A stretch of 63,081 nt of DNA, filler included, from Deltaproteobacteria bacterium (GCA_030698575.1; 14 parts of 14 records of this genome joined end to end with filler, not necessarily neighbours in it), one strand, 5' to 3'; positions 27,430 through 39,275 are shown, counted from the whole stretch's first letter. The notes: a model not told the origin generated them from the sequence alone. A program made the numbers and translations.

Positions 27430-29810
27430 TACTGATGAAGTGGCCGGCAATTCTGGCGCGCTTCCGCCCGGGCCCGAAGGCCCCGAGCGCCTCCCCGGGG
27501 CGGCCCCTGCTCTCATCGGAGACGCTCGGGCGGCCGTCGACGATTCAGGCGCTGCTCATACTGGTGAGCAGTGTGCTGCTCGCTTTCCTGGTCGCGCCCA
27601 ATCTCCCTTTCCTGACAATCGTGCCCGGGATCGGTGAGGTTGCGACCCAGACGATCAAGTCGCCGGGGGAGTTCCTCATCGAAGACGTTGCGAGCACGAC
27701 GGAGAAGCGGGGCGAAGCCGAAGACGACGTGCGCGCCGTATACGATCTCGACCGGGGTGTGTCCCTGGAGCTCGAGTCGCGCATCGAACCGGCTTTCGAG
27801 GGAGCGCGAAGCGCTCCGCCCGAGGCCGCGGGTGAGCGCTTTCTCGAGATCCTGGGGACCTCGATGCCTGCAGCCAGGACAGAGCCTCTGGCGCGGCAAG
27901 GCTTCGATCCCGAGGACGCGCGTATGTTGCGCGCCATGGTCGCCCAGGCGATGGCTGGCCGCATCGTCTCGAACCAGGAACTGCTCCAGGATGAATCCCG
28001 AAAGGGAATCATTGTGCGCGAGGTCGACTCCCGGAAGGAGCAGGTCCTGTCCGACCTGGGCGCCATCATCGATCTCGAGAAGGCGCGCGCGAACCTGAAG
28101 ACGAGAGCGGCGGAGAACGCCGCGAGCATCCCGCCGGAACGCCTCAAGGCGCTGGTGGCGCTCGCCCAGGCGCTCGTCCGCCCCAACCTCACGCTCAACC
28201 GCATCGAGACCGAGGAGCGGAAGAACGCGGCACGCGAGAACGTCAAGCCCGTGACGATGATCCTCAAGAAGGGGGAGATCATCGTCCGCGACGGTGATCC
28301 GGTGGATGCGCGCCACGTGGTGATCCTCCAGGCCATCCGCGATCAGAGCCTGAACCGCAGCTTGGGGACCCTCATCGGCGCGCTGACGCTGTTCTTCGTT
28401 CTCCTGCTGGGCACCACCTTCCGCTTCGCGCAGAGCAGCATCCGGAAGTTCCGCGGCGATCTCCGCTCGACCGTCTTCTTCCTCGGAACGCTGCTCGGCA
28501 TGATCGTCCTGAGCCGCGTCCTGCTGTTCGTCGCCGAAGCGGTTGGAAGCGCGTTTCCGTTCATTCCACCCGACGCTTATCGCTACGCGATTCCCGTGGC
28601 CGCCGGGGCGATGCTGGTGCGGATGGTTCTCAACTCCGAAACCGCCGTCCTGTTCGCGGCCCTGCTCAGCCTGATCGTCGGGATCATGGTCGAGCGCAGC
28701 CTGTTCTTCGCCTCCATGACATTCCTCTCGAGCCTCGTCGGCGCGTATGCGGTGGGGCAGGTGCAGACACGCTCGCGCATTCTCACCGCGGGGGTCGAGG
28801 TGGGGCTGATGAACGCCGCCCTGCTGGCCCTCTGGGCGCTCATGGACGGGCGGCTGCTCGAGCGCGAAGTCGTGGCGGGTCTTGTAACGGGTTTCGGCGG
28901 CGGGCTTGGCGCCGCGGTCATCGTGACCGCGGTCACGCCGCTCGTCGAGTGGGCGCTGGGCACGGTGACGGGGCTCAAACTGCTCGAACTGTCGAACAAC
29001 GATCATCCGCTGATGAAAGAGCTGGCGTTAAAGGCGCCGGGCACGTTCCACCACAGCATGATTATGGCCAGCCTGGTCGAGGCGGCAGCGGAGCAGATCA
29101 ACGCGAATCCGTTGCTTGCCCGCGTATCGGCCTACTACCACGACGTCGGAAAGACGCTGAAGCCGCACTACTTCGTCGAGAACATGCCGCCCGGCGAGAA
29201 CAAGCACGACAAGCTCAGTCCGTCGATGTCCGCGCGCATCGTGAAGGCCCACGTGAAGGAGGGCATCGAGCTCGGAAAGAAGTACAAGCTTCCCGAGATC
29301 ATCATCGACGCCATCCCGCAGCACCACGGCACCAGCCTCATCAAGTACTTCTACGATAAGGCCATTCAATCGAGCGATCCCGATACGGAAGAGGTGAAGG
29401 AGATGGACTACCGGTATCCCGGCCCCAAGCCGCGGAGCCGTGAGTGCGCGATCCTCATGCTCGCCGACTCGGCTGAGGCGGCCCTCCGCACGCTCTCCGA
29501 TCCCAATCGGGCCCGGATCCAGGGCGCCGTCCAGAAGATCATCAACAACATCTTTCGCGACGGCCAGCTCGACGAATGCGATCTCACGCTCCGGGATCTG
29601 AACAACATCGCCCGGAGCTTTACCGACACGCTCACCGCCATCTACCACGGCCGCATCGCTTATCCTGAACCGGTGGCCAAGGGGGAGGCGGCCCGCAAGA
29701 AGAAGGCAGATGAGGGTCCGGCAGATCGATCAGCAGAAGGTGGCAAGGATCGACCGAAGCGCGGTGACGAAGTTTCTGAGGACGATCTTAAGCGACTCGG
29801 GATGTCCTGA
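27426..29810 (+). CDS. 7TM-HD (HDIG) phosphohydrolase, PgpH/YqfF family
   Basis: Extracellular 7TMR-HDED region, multiple TM helices, [19 protein letters not shown] and LADSAEAA. Confidence 0.92.
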   Translation: MILMKWPAILARFRPGPKAPSASPGRPLLSSETLGRPSTIQALLILVSSVLLAFLVAPNLPFLTIVPGIGEVATQTIKSPGEFLIEDVASTTEKRGEAEDDVRAVYDLDRGVSLELESRIEPAFEGARSAPPEAAGERFLEILGTSMPAARTEPLARQGFDPEDARMLRAMVAQAMAGRIVSNQELLQDESRKGIIVREVDSRKEQVLSDLGAIIDLEKARANLKTRAAENAASIPPERLKALVALAQALVRPNLTLNRIETEERKNAARENVKPVTMILKKGEIIVRDGDPVDARHVVILQAIRDQSLNRSLGTLIGALTLFFVLLLGTTFRFAQSSIRKFRGDLRSTVFFLGTLLGMIVLSRVLLFVAEAVGSAFPFIPPDAYRYAIPVAAGAMLVRMVLNSETAVLFAALLSLIVGIMVERSLFFASMTFLSSLVGAYAVGQVQTRSRILTAGVEVGLMNAALLALWALMDGRLLEREVVAGLVTGFGGGLGAAVIVTAVTPLVEWALGTVTGLKLLELSNNDHPLMKELALKAPGTFHHSMIMASLVEAAAEQINANPLLARVSAYYHDVGKTLKPHYFVENMPPGENKHDKLSPSMSARIVKAHVKEGIELGKKYKLPEIIIDAIPQHHGTSLIKYFYDKAIQSSDPDTEEVKEMDYRYPGPKPRSRECAILMLADSAEAALRTLSDPNRARIQGAVQKIINNIFRDGQLDECDLTLRDLNNIARSFTDTLTAIYHGRIAYPEPVAKGEAARKKKADEGPADRSAEGGKDRPKRGDEVSEDDLKRLGMS

Positions 29811-30186
29811 GGCGGAGCTGAGCGTGGCATGGGTGGATGACGAGGCCATCCGTGCGCTCAACAGCCGCTGGCTCGGGCGCGACCGCGCCACCGACGTCCT
29901 GTCCTTCCCGATGCGCGAGGGACCTTTCGCGGAAAGCGCCGGCGCGCTCCTTGGCGACGTCGTGGTGAGCCTCGAGACCGCCCTCAGAATGGCGCGCCGC
30001 CGCCGCGCCTCCCCGGACCGCATCGTGGCCCACCTGCTCGTGCACGGCGTCCTCCACCTCCTCGGGCATGATCACGTTGGCAACGCCGCCCGGCGCAACG
30101 CCATGCGGGCCGAGGAGCGGCGGCTGCTTCGCCGTGCCGCCGCGCTTGTTCCCGCGCTCGGGGTGACCCCCCGCCGATCCGGATAG
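29710..30186 (+). CDS. ybeY: rRNA maturation RNase YbeY
   Basis: TDVLSFP, LGDVVVS and HGVLHLLGHDH. Confidence 0.93.
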   Translation: MRVRQIDQQKVARIDRSAVTKFLRTILSDSGCPEAELSVAWVDDEAIRALNSRWLGRDRATDVLSFPMREGPFAESAGALLGDVVVSLETALRMARRRRASPDRIVAHLLVHGVLHLLGHDHVGNAARRNAMRAEERRLLRRAAALVPALGVTPRRSG

Positions 30187-30188
30187 CC

Positions 30189-30328
30189 ATGAGCCGCCGC
30201 GAACTGCTTCTCTGCGCCGCATCGGGGATCCTGGTCGCCCTTTCCTTTCCCCCCCTGGGAGCCTGGCCGCTCGCCTGGTTTGCATGGGTCCCGCTCCTTG
30301 CCGCCCTGCACGGCAAGCCGGCGGGCTC
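30189..30328 (+). CDS. lnt: Apolipoprotein N-acyltransferase N-terminus; 3' truncated
   Basis: SGILVALSFPP...LAWFAWVPLL and its conserved position after ybeY. Confidence 0.75.
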
Positions 30329-30428
30329 NNNNNNNNNNNNNNNNNNNNNNNNNNNNNNNNNNNNNNNNNNNNTTAATTAATTAANNNNNNNNNNNNNNNN
30401 NNNNNNNNNNNNNNNNNNNNNNNNNNNN

Positions 30429-32051
30429 GTAGTTCTTGGGCGACCAGACGGTGCCAACGAGATCCCGATAACTCACCGGCGAGTCGAGCAGGATCGTCGT
30501 GGGCCCGAATCCGCGGTCGAGCGCAGTCGCATAGACGAAGGGTTTGAAAGCCGAGCCGGGCTGGCGCCGGCTCTGGATGACGCGATCGAACTGGGTCTTG
30601 CGGAAGTCGCTCCCGCCAACCCAGGCGTATATGTGTCCCGTGACCGGCTCCAGGGCAACGAGCGCCGCCTGCACGAGGGGCTCCTGATCGAGTTCGAACT
30701 GGACCGTGTCGGCTTTCGCCCCCTTCTCATCCTTATCCTTGATCTTCACCAGGATGACGTCGCCCACCTCGAGGGCCTGGTCCACGCGGGTGATCTGGTA
30801 GGACGCCCGTTCCGGGTTGGGCGGTCGCGCCCAGGACATGTCGGCCAGCGCCAGCGTTCCGCGGCGGTTCGTCCCGAGGCTCACTTCGCAGCCCTGCCCG
30901 TCACGCGCGATCGAAGTCACCACGCCGCGAAGCGATTCGCCTTCCTTCGGGGCCTTCCACTTATCGTCGAGCTGGACGAGCATTTCGGGGATCCCGGACG
31001 GCCCCAACTTGTTGAGCGCACCGCGGTAGCCCTGGCGCTTGTCCAGTTCCCTGAGCCCCCTTGCCACGGCAGCCGTCGCGGCTGCCTGGCCGGCACGGTT
31101 GAGCGTGGTGTAGATCTTGAGACCGCCTTCGAAGGTCTCCTTCTCGCCGTAGGCCTTCACCATGTACTGGCGTACGACTTCGGTGAAGTAAGGCGCCTCG
31201 TCGAGATTCGGATTGGGCCGCGGGTTCACCACCAGGCGCCTGCGCCGCGCTTTCTCGGCCTGGACCTCAGTGATGAATCCCGAGTCGAGCATCCGGCCTA
31301 TGACGTATCGCTGGCGATTCACAGCGCCCGTCGGATTTCGGTAGGGGTTCAGGCGGCTGGGCGCCTTCGGCATGGCCGCGATGAGAGCCATCTCGGCGAC
31401 GTTCAGCTCGTGAACCGTCTTCCCGAAGTAATTTTCCGCCGCGGCCTCGACGCCGTAGGCCCCGTGCCCCAGGTAGATCTGGTTCATGTAGAGATTCAGG
31501 ATCTCTTCCTTGCTCAGGAACGCTTCCATCCTCGTGGAGAGGATCGCCTCCCGGAGCTTGCGGACGATGCTCTTCTCGCGTGAGAGGAAGAAGGTGCGGG
31601 CAAGCTGCTGGGTGAGCGTGCTGCCGCCCTGGCGCGTCTCGGAGGCGCGCAGGTTCGTGATGAAGGCCCGCGCGATGCCAAAGTAGTCCAGTCCCCCGTG
31701 CTCGAAGAACCGCTGATCCTCAGCCGCGACGAATGCGTTCACCATCATTCGCGGCATCTGCTCGATCGGCACCAGGCGCCTGCGCTCCTTGTAAAACTCG
31801 CCGATCACCTCGCCGCTGTCGTCGTGTACGGTCGTCACGAGCGGAACCGTGTCAGCGTAGTCCTTCAGCGAGGTGATGTTGGGCAGATCGTAGGTCAGGT
31901 AGTAGTAGAGACCCCAGACGAAGGCGCCTCCGAGGAGGGCGAGGAGGATCGCCAGCCCGATCACGACGCGCCCGAACGTGACGCGCCAGCGAGGCCGGCG
32001 GGCCTGGGGCGCGCGGCCCTTTTCACGGGAGGTTGTGGGGCGTCTGGGCAT
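30429..32051 (-). CDS. mrcA: Class A penicillin-binding protein 1A; 3' truncated
   Basis: AAEDQRFFEH, QGGSTLTQQL, RKLRE, IYLGHGAYG, an OB insertion and RQPGSAFKP. Confidence 0.92.
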
Positions 32052-32148
32052 TGGCCTTCGAGGAGAGGGGGTGGGAACCCCGCCGTAGCGAGGAACTATA
32101 GCTCAGGCCCCCCGGCAGATGCCAAGAAAATCAAGGAAGGACAATGGT

Positions 32149-32177
32149 TTGACTCCCCTCGGGGGGCAAGCTACGAT
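32149..32177 (+). promoter_or_regulatory. Sigma70 promoter upstream of gshA
   Basis: TTGACT, 17 bp, TACGAT. Confidence 0.55.
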
Positions 32178-32361
32178 TCCCTCGAGCGACGCCCGGCATC
32201 GGGGGAACCGTCTGTCCTTGCCGGACGGCGGGTCCGGCGCCGGCGCAACCGGCGTCCCGGCGTGGCATCTAAGGGCGCCACACATTACCTTTCGGAACTC
32301 ACCATTCGCGGGCGTTGGGCGGCGTTCGGGCGGCGGTGACGAACCAGCAGAGGGGTTTGCC

Positions 32362-33618
32362 ATGTCGTTGGACCGCATCCACGAGATCGAAGCCCGCATC
32401 ATCGAGCGCCGCACCAAGATTGACGAGTGGCTTCACGGCCGCTCGGCTGACGTGCGCATCCCCTTCTATGCTTCGACGGACCTCCGCAACGCCGGCTACA
32501 AGATTAGCGTGGTCGACGCGAACCTCTTCCCGGCGGGCTTCAACCTGCTCTGCGGCAAGTTCTTCGATCACCAGGTGGACGCTGCGCGGCGGTTCATCGA
32601 GCAACGGTTCAAGGGAGCACGGCGAGTCCTCGTCCTTCCCGAGGCCCACACCCGCAATCCCGGCTACGTGGACAACATTGGCGCCATCGAAAAGATACTC
32701 ACGTCGGCAGGCTTCGAGGTGCGCCTCGGACTCCTCGCAGAGACGCGTGATCGCACTGTAGAAGTCCGGGGCACGCAGGGCGACGAGCACACCTTGCACG
32801 CGCTCCAGCGCGAAGGCGACGTTCTTGCGGCTAACGGCTTCGAGCCTGATCTCATCCTGCTGAACAACGATCTCACGGACGGGCCCCCGAAAATCCTCGA
32901 GGGGATCTCGCAGCCCGTGACCCCGCCCGTGGCGATGGGGTGGCACAAGCGCCGAAAAGACGTCTACTTCGACGTGCTCCACCGCCTGACCGACGAGTTC
33001 GCCGCCATCCTCGATCTGGATCCGTGGTGGCTCACCACCATCACCGATTTAGAGCAGGGGGTGGATTTCCAGACAGGCGAGGGGCTGGATCGACTTGCCG
33101 CGCGGACCAACTCGGTGATCGATCGGATTCGCGCGAAGTACACGGAGCATCAAATCAAGGAGACGCCCTACGTCTTCATCAAGCACAACACCGGCACCTA
33201 CGGCATGGGTGTGATCGCGGTGGAGAGCGCGGACGAACTGGTCAACATGAAGCGCAAGATGCGGCAGAAGATGCGCGCGGGGAAGGGCAACGTGCCTGTC
33301 ACCGATGTGCTGATCCAGGAAGGCGTTCCTTCGACCGACATCATCAACGGATGCACCGGAGAGCCGGTGATGTACCTCATTGGCCTCGATCTCATCGGCG
33401 GCTTCTTCCGGCAGCACTGCGGCAAGAGCGAGCGGGAGAACCTGAATCAGAGCGGGTCCACCTTTGCTCGGCTCTGCTTCCGCGGCGAGGACACCGCCCC
33501 GCCATCCGACCAGTGCTACCGGGACACCTGCCTGCGAACCGTTTATGGAGTGCTCGCCCAGGTGGCCGTGCTCGCCGCGGGCCACGAGATCGAGCAGATC
33601 GCCACCGACACCGCCTGA
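32362..33618 (+). CDS. gshA: Glutamate-cysteine ligase (divergent ATP-grasp-type GshA)
   Basis: PFYASTDLRNAGYK..VDANLFPAGFN, PEAHTRN, LLNNDL, GTYGMGV, QEGV and NLN; adjacent to gshB. Confidence 0.88.
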   Translation: MSLDRIHEIEARIIERRTKIDEWLHGRSADVRIPFYASTDLRNAGYKISVVDANLFPAGFNLLCGKFFDHQVDAARRFIEQRFKGARRVLVLPEAHTRNPGYVDNIGAIEKILTSAGFEVRLGLLAETRDRTVEVRGTQGDEHTLHALQREGDVLAANGFEPDLILLNNDLTDGPPKILEGISQPVTPPVAMGWHKRRKDVYFDVLHRLTDEFAAILDLDPWWLTTITDLEQGVDFQTGEGLDRLAARTNSVIDRIRAKYTEHQIKETPYVFIKHNTGTYGMGVIAVESADELVNMKRKMRQKMRAGKGNVPVTDVLIQEGVPSTDIINGCTGEPVMYLIGLDLIGGFFRQHCGKSERENLNQSGSTFARLCFRGEDTAPPSDQCYRDTCLRTVYGVLAQVAVLAAGHEIEQIATDTA

Positions 33619-33630
33619 CGGGATCGCGGA

Positions 33631-34485
33631 ATGCCCAGCGCAACGTCGCTCCACATCGCCGTTATCATGGACCCGCTCGACCGGGTCGACATCGACAAGG
33701 ACACCACGTTCGTTCTCATGCTCGAGGCGCAGGCGCGCGGGCACGAGGTGCTCTACACCCGGGCCGAGGAACTCTACCTGAAGGGCGGGAAGGTGTGGGC
33801 CAGGCTCTGGCCCATCCGGCTGGAGCGGTCCGAAGACTTTTACAGGCTCGGTCCGGCCAAGGAGTTGCAGCTCGACTCCCTCGACGCCGTCCTCATGCGG
33901 AAAGACCCACCGTACACGATGGACTACTTCTACGCCGCGCACCTGCTCTCGCTCGTGCGCGGCGCATTCGTCATGAACTCGGGGCACGGGCTCCGGGAAG
34001 CCAACGAGAAACTCTTCGCGCTGCGCTTCACGGAGGTAACGCCGCCGAGCTTGGTCACAAAGGAAGCACGGCGGATCCTGGAGTTCCTCGACGAGCTTCG
34101 GGGCGAGGCGATCGTCAAGCCCCTGGACGGCTGCGGCGGCGGCGGCGTGTTTCATCTGCGGCGCGATGACACGAATCTCACGAGCCTCCTCGAGACGAGC
34201 ACGAAGGAGGGGACGGAGTACGTGCTGGTGCAGAAGTATCTGCCGGAAGTGCGGCAGGGCGACAAGCGGGTGATCGTACTGGACGGCGAGCCGCTCGGAG
34301 CAGTCCTGCGCGTGCCGCGGGCGAACGAGGCTCGCTCGAACATCCACGTGGGGGGCGAGGCGGTCAAGGCTGTGGTGACGCCCCGCGACCGCGAGATCTG
34401 CGAGACACTGAAGCCCTCTTTCCAGCAGCTCGGCCTCTGGTTTGTGGGGCTCGACGTAATCGGCGACTGGCTCACCGAGGTGAAC
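33631..34485 (+). CDS. gshB: Glutathione synthetase; 3' truncated
   Basis: MDP..KDTT..LMLEAQ.RG, MRKDPP, NEKL, KPLDG.GG and GLDVIG..LTEVN. Confidence 0.93.
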
Positions 34486-34585
34486 NNNNNNNNNNNNNNN
34501 NNNNNNNNNNNNNNNNNNNNNNNNNNNNNTTAATTAATTAANNNNNNNNNNNNNNNNNNNNNNNNNNNNNNNNNNNNNNNNNNNN

Positions 34586-34912
34586 CCCATCGAATTCGTA
34601 AACGTAATTCCATGACCAAGTCTGAAGCAATGGCTCGCGGTACAGAAAGTCAACCAGCTCATCATCGAAATCGGTAGGGCGATCCTTGGCCTTCCAGACC
34701 ACCGTACCTTGTTCATCGATCGCCACAACGTTCGTCTTGGATTGGGACAGCCGGCCGCGTACTAGGACAAAGATCCTGTCTTGGCTATTGGTCTCGACCT
34801 TTTTGACCTCAGCCTCGGGATCCGCCTCGAAGAGAACCCGCTCCTCCTCTGGCAACCACACGTGCCGCATGTCGAACCGAATAGGCTTGCCGGCCACGCG
34901 CATTTCTCTCAT
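34586..34912 (-). CDS. Putative immunity protein for the orphan toxin module; 3' truncated
   Basis: ATGA-coupled directly behind the orphan toxin ORF. Confidence 0.55.
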
Positions 34913-35478
34913 GGGAAGGGCACCCCGGGACCGAAGATGATCTCGGCATCTCGTTGACCGGGGAGGATCTCGAACTGCTCAGCACCACCTCTGCGGCCAT
35001 TGAGCGCAGCTGCACGGGACCGTTGCAGCCGCACACCAGCTGGTACCCGCACTTCCTGGATGAACCGAGCTGTGTTGTCCTTGGGCAACGCCAAGGCCTC
35101 CTGCGCAAAGGCCCGCGAGCGCGGCGGAACAGCGGTGAGGAACCCGCCTTGTGGGCGATCGGTGAAAACTCGGAAGAAGATTCGCTCCTCCGTGGTTACG
35201 AACGACCGGATGACACCCGCCGCATTCTTGTCACCCCCAGCGGCGAGCAGCTTAGGTCCCGCCCTCGCCGCAAGCCCCTCCGCCTCCCTGATCGCCGCCG
35301 CCACCCGCGGCACCGGGCTCGCGCCCAGCGGGCCGCCCGTAAAGTCGCTCGTGACGGACTCCAGAACGGTCGCCGCCTTCGGCGCCGCGGCGTACACCGC
35401 CACGATGATCCCGGGTACGCCGGCGCTGAGCAGCCACGCGCCACCCACCGCGATGGCAAGCGCTACCGCGGGGCCCAT
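34909..35478 (-). CDS. Orphan Rhs C-terminal toxin cassette
   Basis: Shares the pre-toxin segment (WLLSAGVPGIIVA...AAIREAEGLAAR) with the main Rhs gene, then has a different tip ending in GGAEQFEI. Confidence 0.75.
   Translation of the reverse strand: MGPAVALAIAVGGAWLLSAGVPGIIVAVYAAAPKAATVLESVTSDFTGGPLGASPVPRVAAAIREAEGLAARAGPKLLAAGGDKNAAGVIRSFVTTEERIFFRVFTDRPQGGFLTAVPPRSRAFAQEALALPKDNTARFIQEVRVPAGVRLQRSRAAALNGRRGGAEQFEILPGQRDAEIIFGPGVPFP
35262..35439. repeat. ~178-bp direct repeat, second copy at 36760-36937
   Basis: Collinear near-identical DNA (CCCTCGCCGCAAGCCCCTC...CAGCCACGC) at a constant 1498-bp offset. Confidence 0.9.
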
Positions 35479-35531
35479 TTACCGGGGCCCACGAGGGAGC
35501 GGCCCACCCCTTGCGGCAACTCATCTTGCCC

Positions 35532-35774
35532 TCAGGGATTGAACTTCCACTTGTCGTGGGTCACTCGCATCTCAACGATCTCCTCTGGCTCAAAAGGCAC
35601 TTGCCCATGACCATGTACCTGAGTGATAAGCCCGTTGTTCACCACTACTCGATCGAAGGAACGCCCATCGTTCAATCGTACAGACACGACCCAGTAGCCC
35701 ATGCCGGTTTCGGGTTGCGCCACTAGGTAGTCAACCCACTCGTCCGGCACCCGCTCCCCCTCCGATCCGCTCAT
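35532..35774 (-). CDS. Small hypothetical, probable orphan immunity protein (MSGSEGERVPDEW...)
   Basis: GGAGG RBS; located within the toxin-immunity array. Confidence 0.55.
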   Translation of the reverse strand: MSGSEGERVPDEWVDYLVAQPETGMGYWVVSVRLNDGRSFDRVVVNNGLITQVHGHGQVPFEPEEIVEMRVTHDKWKFNP

Positions 35775-36047
35775 TTGACCCTCCCTGGTCGAGTCCCAAA
35801 GGGGAAGAGAACCTCGCTTCCCGTCCCTCCCGAGACTTGAACCGCCGGTCACCGTACTCCGGAACCGGTTGACGCTCGCGTCAAATATGGCGTTACCGAC
35901 AAGCTCCTCCGCCGCCTGGGTCGCCGCCGCTCCAACCCGCTCCACCGCGCTCGCAGCCGGCGCGACTGATGCGCCTCCGCGGGACTCCGCGGTAATCCCT
36001 TCGATGAGGTGAGCGACTTCGGGCGCCCTGCGGCGATGCGTATTGCT

Positions 36048-36419
36048 TCAGTCCTTCCAGATCGGCTCTCGATCCCCGTCGATCAATCGGCCCATGATCA
36101 CGTAGTGCATTGGCGACGGCAGCGCTGGCTGGAGCGAACCCCCGCAGTGAGGACATTGAGGTGGACTACTGAACGAGAACGAGCCGCCGCACGGGCACGC
36201 GATCAGATGCTCTTCGACCTCGGCCTTCTGGTCGAAGTCAAGCATCCAGGGGTGAACGTCTCCCACGATTCGCACGTAGGCGGGATCGTATGTGCTGAAA
36301 ACGAGGACCGTGGAGTCACGATCGCAGTACAGGAAGCCCTGGTTGCTCCGAGCCGCGTGGTAGAAGTACCGCTGATCAAGCTCAACTCTTTTCTTGCAGC
36401 TCGGGCACTCGATGTCCAC
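36048..36419 (-). CDS. Cys-rich putative immunity protein of the main Rhs toxin
   Basis: Starts 2 bp after the toxin stop; CPSC, C.., CPCG and CPHC motifs. Confidence 0.6.
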   Translation of the reverse strand: MDIECPSCKKRVELDQRYFYHAARSNQGFLYCDRDSTVLVFSTYDPAYVRIVGDVHPWMLDFDQKAEVEEHLIACPCGGSFSFSSPPQCPHCGGSLQPALPSPMHYVIMGRLIDGDREPIWKD

Positions 36420-36421
36420 CG

Positions 36422-37764
36422 CTAGGGCTCCGTCCTTCCAAACCTCGTGGGATCGATCGAGAGATCCCGCCTGAGCTGGAACTGCCTCGCACCACCGCTT
36501 GTAAACGGACCGCCATGCTGGGGGCCCGGGATCACCAGATCTTCTGGATCGACGAATCTGTCGATGAAGTTCTGGCCTCGCCCCGGCGCGATCTCAAGCA
36601 GCTCTTCGACCTGGCGTGCAGTAGAGCCTGCCGGAACCTCCCGCGGCAAAGTGACGAAGGTGCCCTGACGCAGGTTCCCGCTCTTAGAAATTGCCTCACG
36701 GGCAACGTCGTCGGTGAAGTGGAGTACACGGGTCGGTGCGCCCCTTATGGAGGTGGCTCCCCTCGCCGCAAGCCCCTCAGCCTCCCTGATCGCCGCCGCC
36801 CCCAGCGGCACCGGGTTCGTGCCCAGCGGGCCGCCCGTAAAGTCGCTCGTGAGCCCTTCAAGGACCGTCGCCGCCTTCGGGGCCGCGGCGTAGCCCGCCA
36901 CGATGATCCCGGGCACGCCGGCGCTGAGCAGCCACGCCGTACCGGTCGCGACGGCCAGCGCCACCGCCGCCGTCCCCGCCGCAATCGCCAGCCCCCCGAA
37001 CACCGCCTTCGTGGGCGTGTCGAGCTTTAGCGCGAGCGCAGCGGGATCGAAAGCGGCGGCCGCTCCCCCCGTGCTCCCCGCCGACCCGCCCGCAGCCGCA
37101 AACCCCGCCCCCACGGCGAGCCCCTGCGCCCCGCCCGCGGGGGGGCTTACTGCGCTGCTCGTCGCGCTCGGGCCCCCGATCGCCCCAGGACCCGTCGGGA
37201 GGAACACACCCCCGGGCGGGAACGCCGCCCCCGTGTCCGCACCGAAGTTAGGGGACCCGAAGCCGCCCGACGTGGACGTGAACAGTTCGAAGCTGTAGGC
37301 CCCGCTCGGATCGATCGCCCCGGAGGGGTTGTTGCGGACGTAGGTGTAGCGGTTCAGGAGCTGCGGATCGTACGGATCCGCCACGATCGGGTCCGCCTGC
37401 AGGAACCGCCCGAGGGCCGGATCGTAGTAGCGCGCGCCGAAGTAGTAAAGCCCCGTCTCCTCGTCCCACTCCTGCCCCGTGAACGCGTACCTGAGCGCCC
37501 CGCCCGACTCGCTCCACACCTCCCCGAAGGGGGCGTAGACAATCTGCTGCGTGGTCGTCGTGCCGGTCCTTCCCAGGCGGGCGCTGCCGAGGTGATCCTC
37601 GTTCAGGTAGGTGACGGTGGACGCGAGGGCCCGCTGGGCCTGGTGGATGTGCGCGACCACGAGGAAGAGCACGAGCGTCGTGCGCGCCGCGCGATCGAGC
37701 GCGCCCCGCCTTCGGCGCAGCACGACGGCGGCCGAGGAGAAGAGAAGGAGCGCGAGGATCGCCG
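36422..37764 (-). CDS. Rhs-repeat polymorphic toxin (core and C-terminal toxin); 5' truncated
   Basis: DHLGS, YAPFGE, FTGQEWDEETGLYYFGARYYDPALGRFLQADP and NRYTYVRNNP..IDPSG; tip begins RVLHFTD...ISKSG.L..GTFVT. Confidence 0.9.
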
Positions 37765-37864
37765 NNNNNNNNNNNNNNNNNNNNNNNNNNNNNNNNNNNN
37801 NNNNNNNNTTAATTAATTAANNNNNNNNNNNNNNNNNNNNNNNNNNNNNNNNNNNNNNNNNNNN

Positions 37865-39205
37865 CGTTATCTTTGGAGAACCAGGATCCCATCGGCTTTG
37901 GAAGGAATTGTGCGAGGCGAACTTGTCGATCACGAAGCTCAAGAGATGAACGACTGCTTCTCCCAAGTCCGCCCCTTCGGCCGCGATCACCTCGGGCCGA
38001 AGGCGGCGCAACTCCTCAACCAGTACCCCGAAGCACAGAAGTTGGCGGGATGAGAACATGTCTGCCCAGAGGGGCATTCCGTAAAGTCGTGGCCTCTCAT
38101 CACTGCTCACTTCTGGGTAGGTCTCGGTGGGGAGCACGTACGCCTTCTCCCAGCCGGGTCGAAGCCTTGCGATCTCCTTCTCGGCTTCCTCCAAGGCGGC
38201 AAGGTCCGCTGGTTCCGGAGGCTGAAACCGCAACCCCTGCGGAGTCTTCACGGCCACAGCGTAGAGTGCAGCCTTCATCTCGCCGGCTTGAGCTTTGGCC
38301 TTGATGTAGTCGTCGGGGATTTGGAGGTTGGTGAAGAGGGACACGCCCTTCCCATCGCCGTAGGTCGGCCGGGGGGGCTCGCGAAGCTGTCCCGCGCCCC
38401 CTCCAATTTCTCTGATCCGCGCAGACCAGGTGCCCTTCTTCTTGTCGACCACCGGCTCCGCCACGATTCGTCGGCCGGACTTCGGCTTGAGCAGGTGCCA
38501 GTCCGGCACCAGTGGCGTGTGGTGCTGCGTGTCAGGGCACGGCACTGTCCGAGCGAACAGATAGCAGTGTGGCGGGAGGACTCCAGCCTTCGGGAAAAAC
38601 GTCTCAAGCCGCACGTTGAACCGACGGCGGAGTTCTGCAGCCCAGGCCCTGGCACGCTTTCCGAGCTCCTCCCCGAAACGGAACGGGTAGTCCACGGTGC
38701 CTTCGAGCACGGAGCAGGCCACGGGGTTGTACTCATTCGCCAGGGTCCTGAACCCTAGCCGGGCGGATTCGAGTGGAATAGCCCCCCCTCCAGCCATGGG
38801 ATCGATGACCAGGAGGTGGTCGCCCCAAAGCGCTGCGGCTGCCCGGTGCGCCCTCTCAAGATCTTCGGATCTGAGGCCTCGCCTGAATGCGCGCCCCCCG
38901 TGCGGGTTCTTGACTCGCTCTCCCGTGGCTCGCGCCCAGTCGAGAACTTCCTGAGCTTCGAGGATCTGCCTCGAAGTGCCCCAGAACCCCATCAGCCGCT
39001 CGAAGACGTCCCGCGGGAAGTCCGCCGGAAGGAGGGAGCCCAGCACCGCAGCCCGGGCGGCGGCGAGCGGGCGCCGGGCCCACCAGACATGGAGGCGCTT
39101 GTCAGGCGGCTGCTGGCCGGTGGAGCGCTCGCGGATACACTCCACCCCGATGGCGGCGGCCGGAAGCCAGTCCTCGATGAGCACTCGCGGAGGCTTGCCG
39201 CTCAT
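37865..39205 (-). CDS. DUF1156-domain adenine DNA methyltransferase; 3' truncated
   Basis: LIEDWLP, LHVWWARRPL..ARA, DPMAGGGAIPLES.RLG, YNPVA and ARTVPCP. Confidence 0.88.
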
Positions 39206-39275
39206 TGGGAACACCCTCCTCTGGGAATGTTCACTGATTCATTTCAATGTTCGTCGAACATTCTGCCCAAAATTG

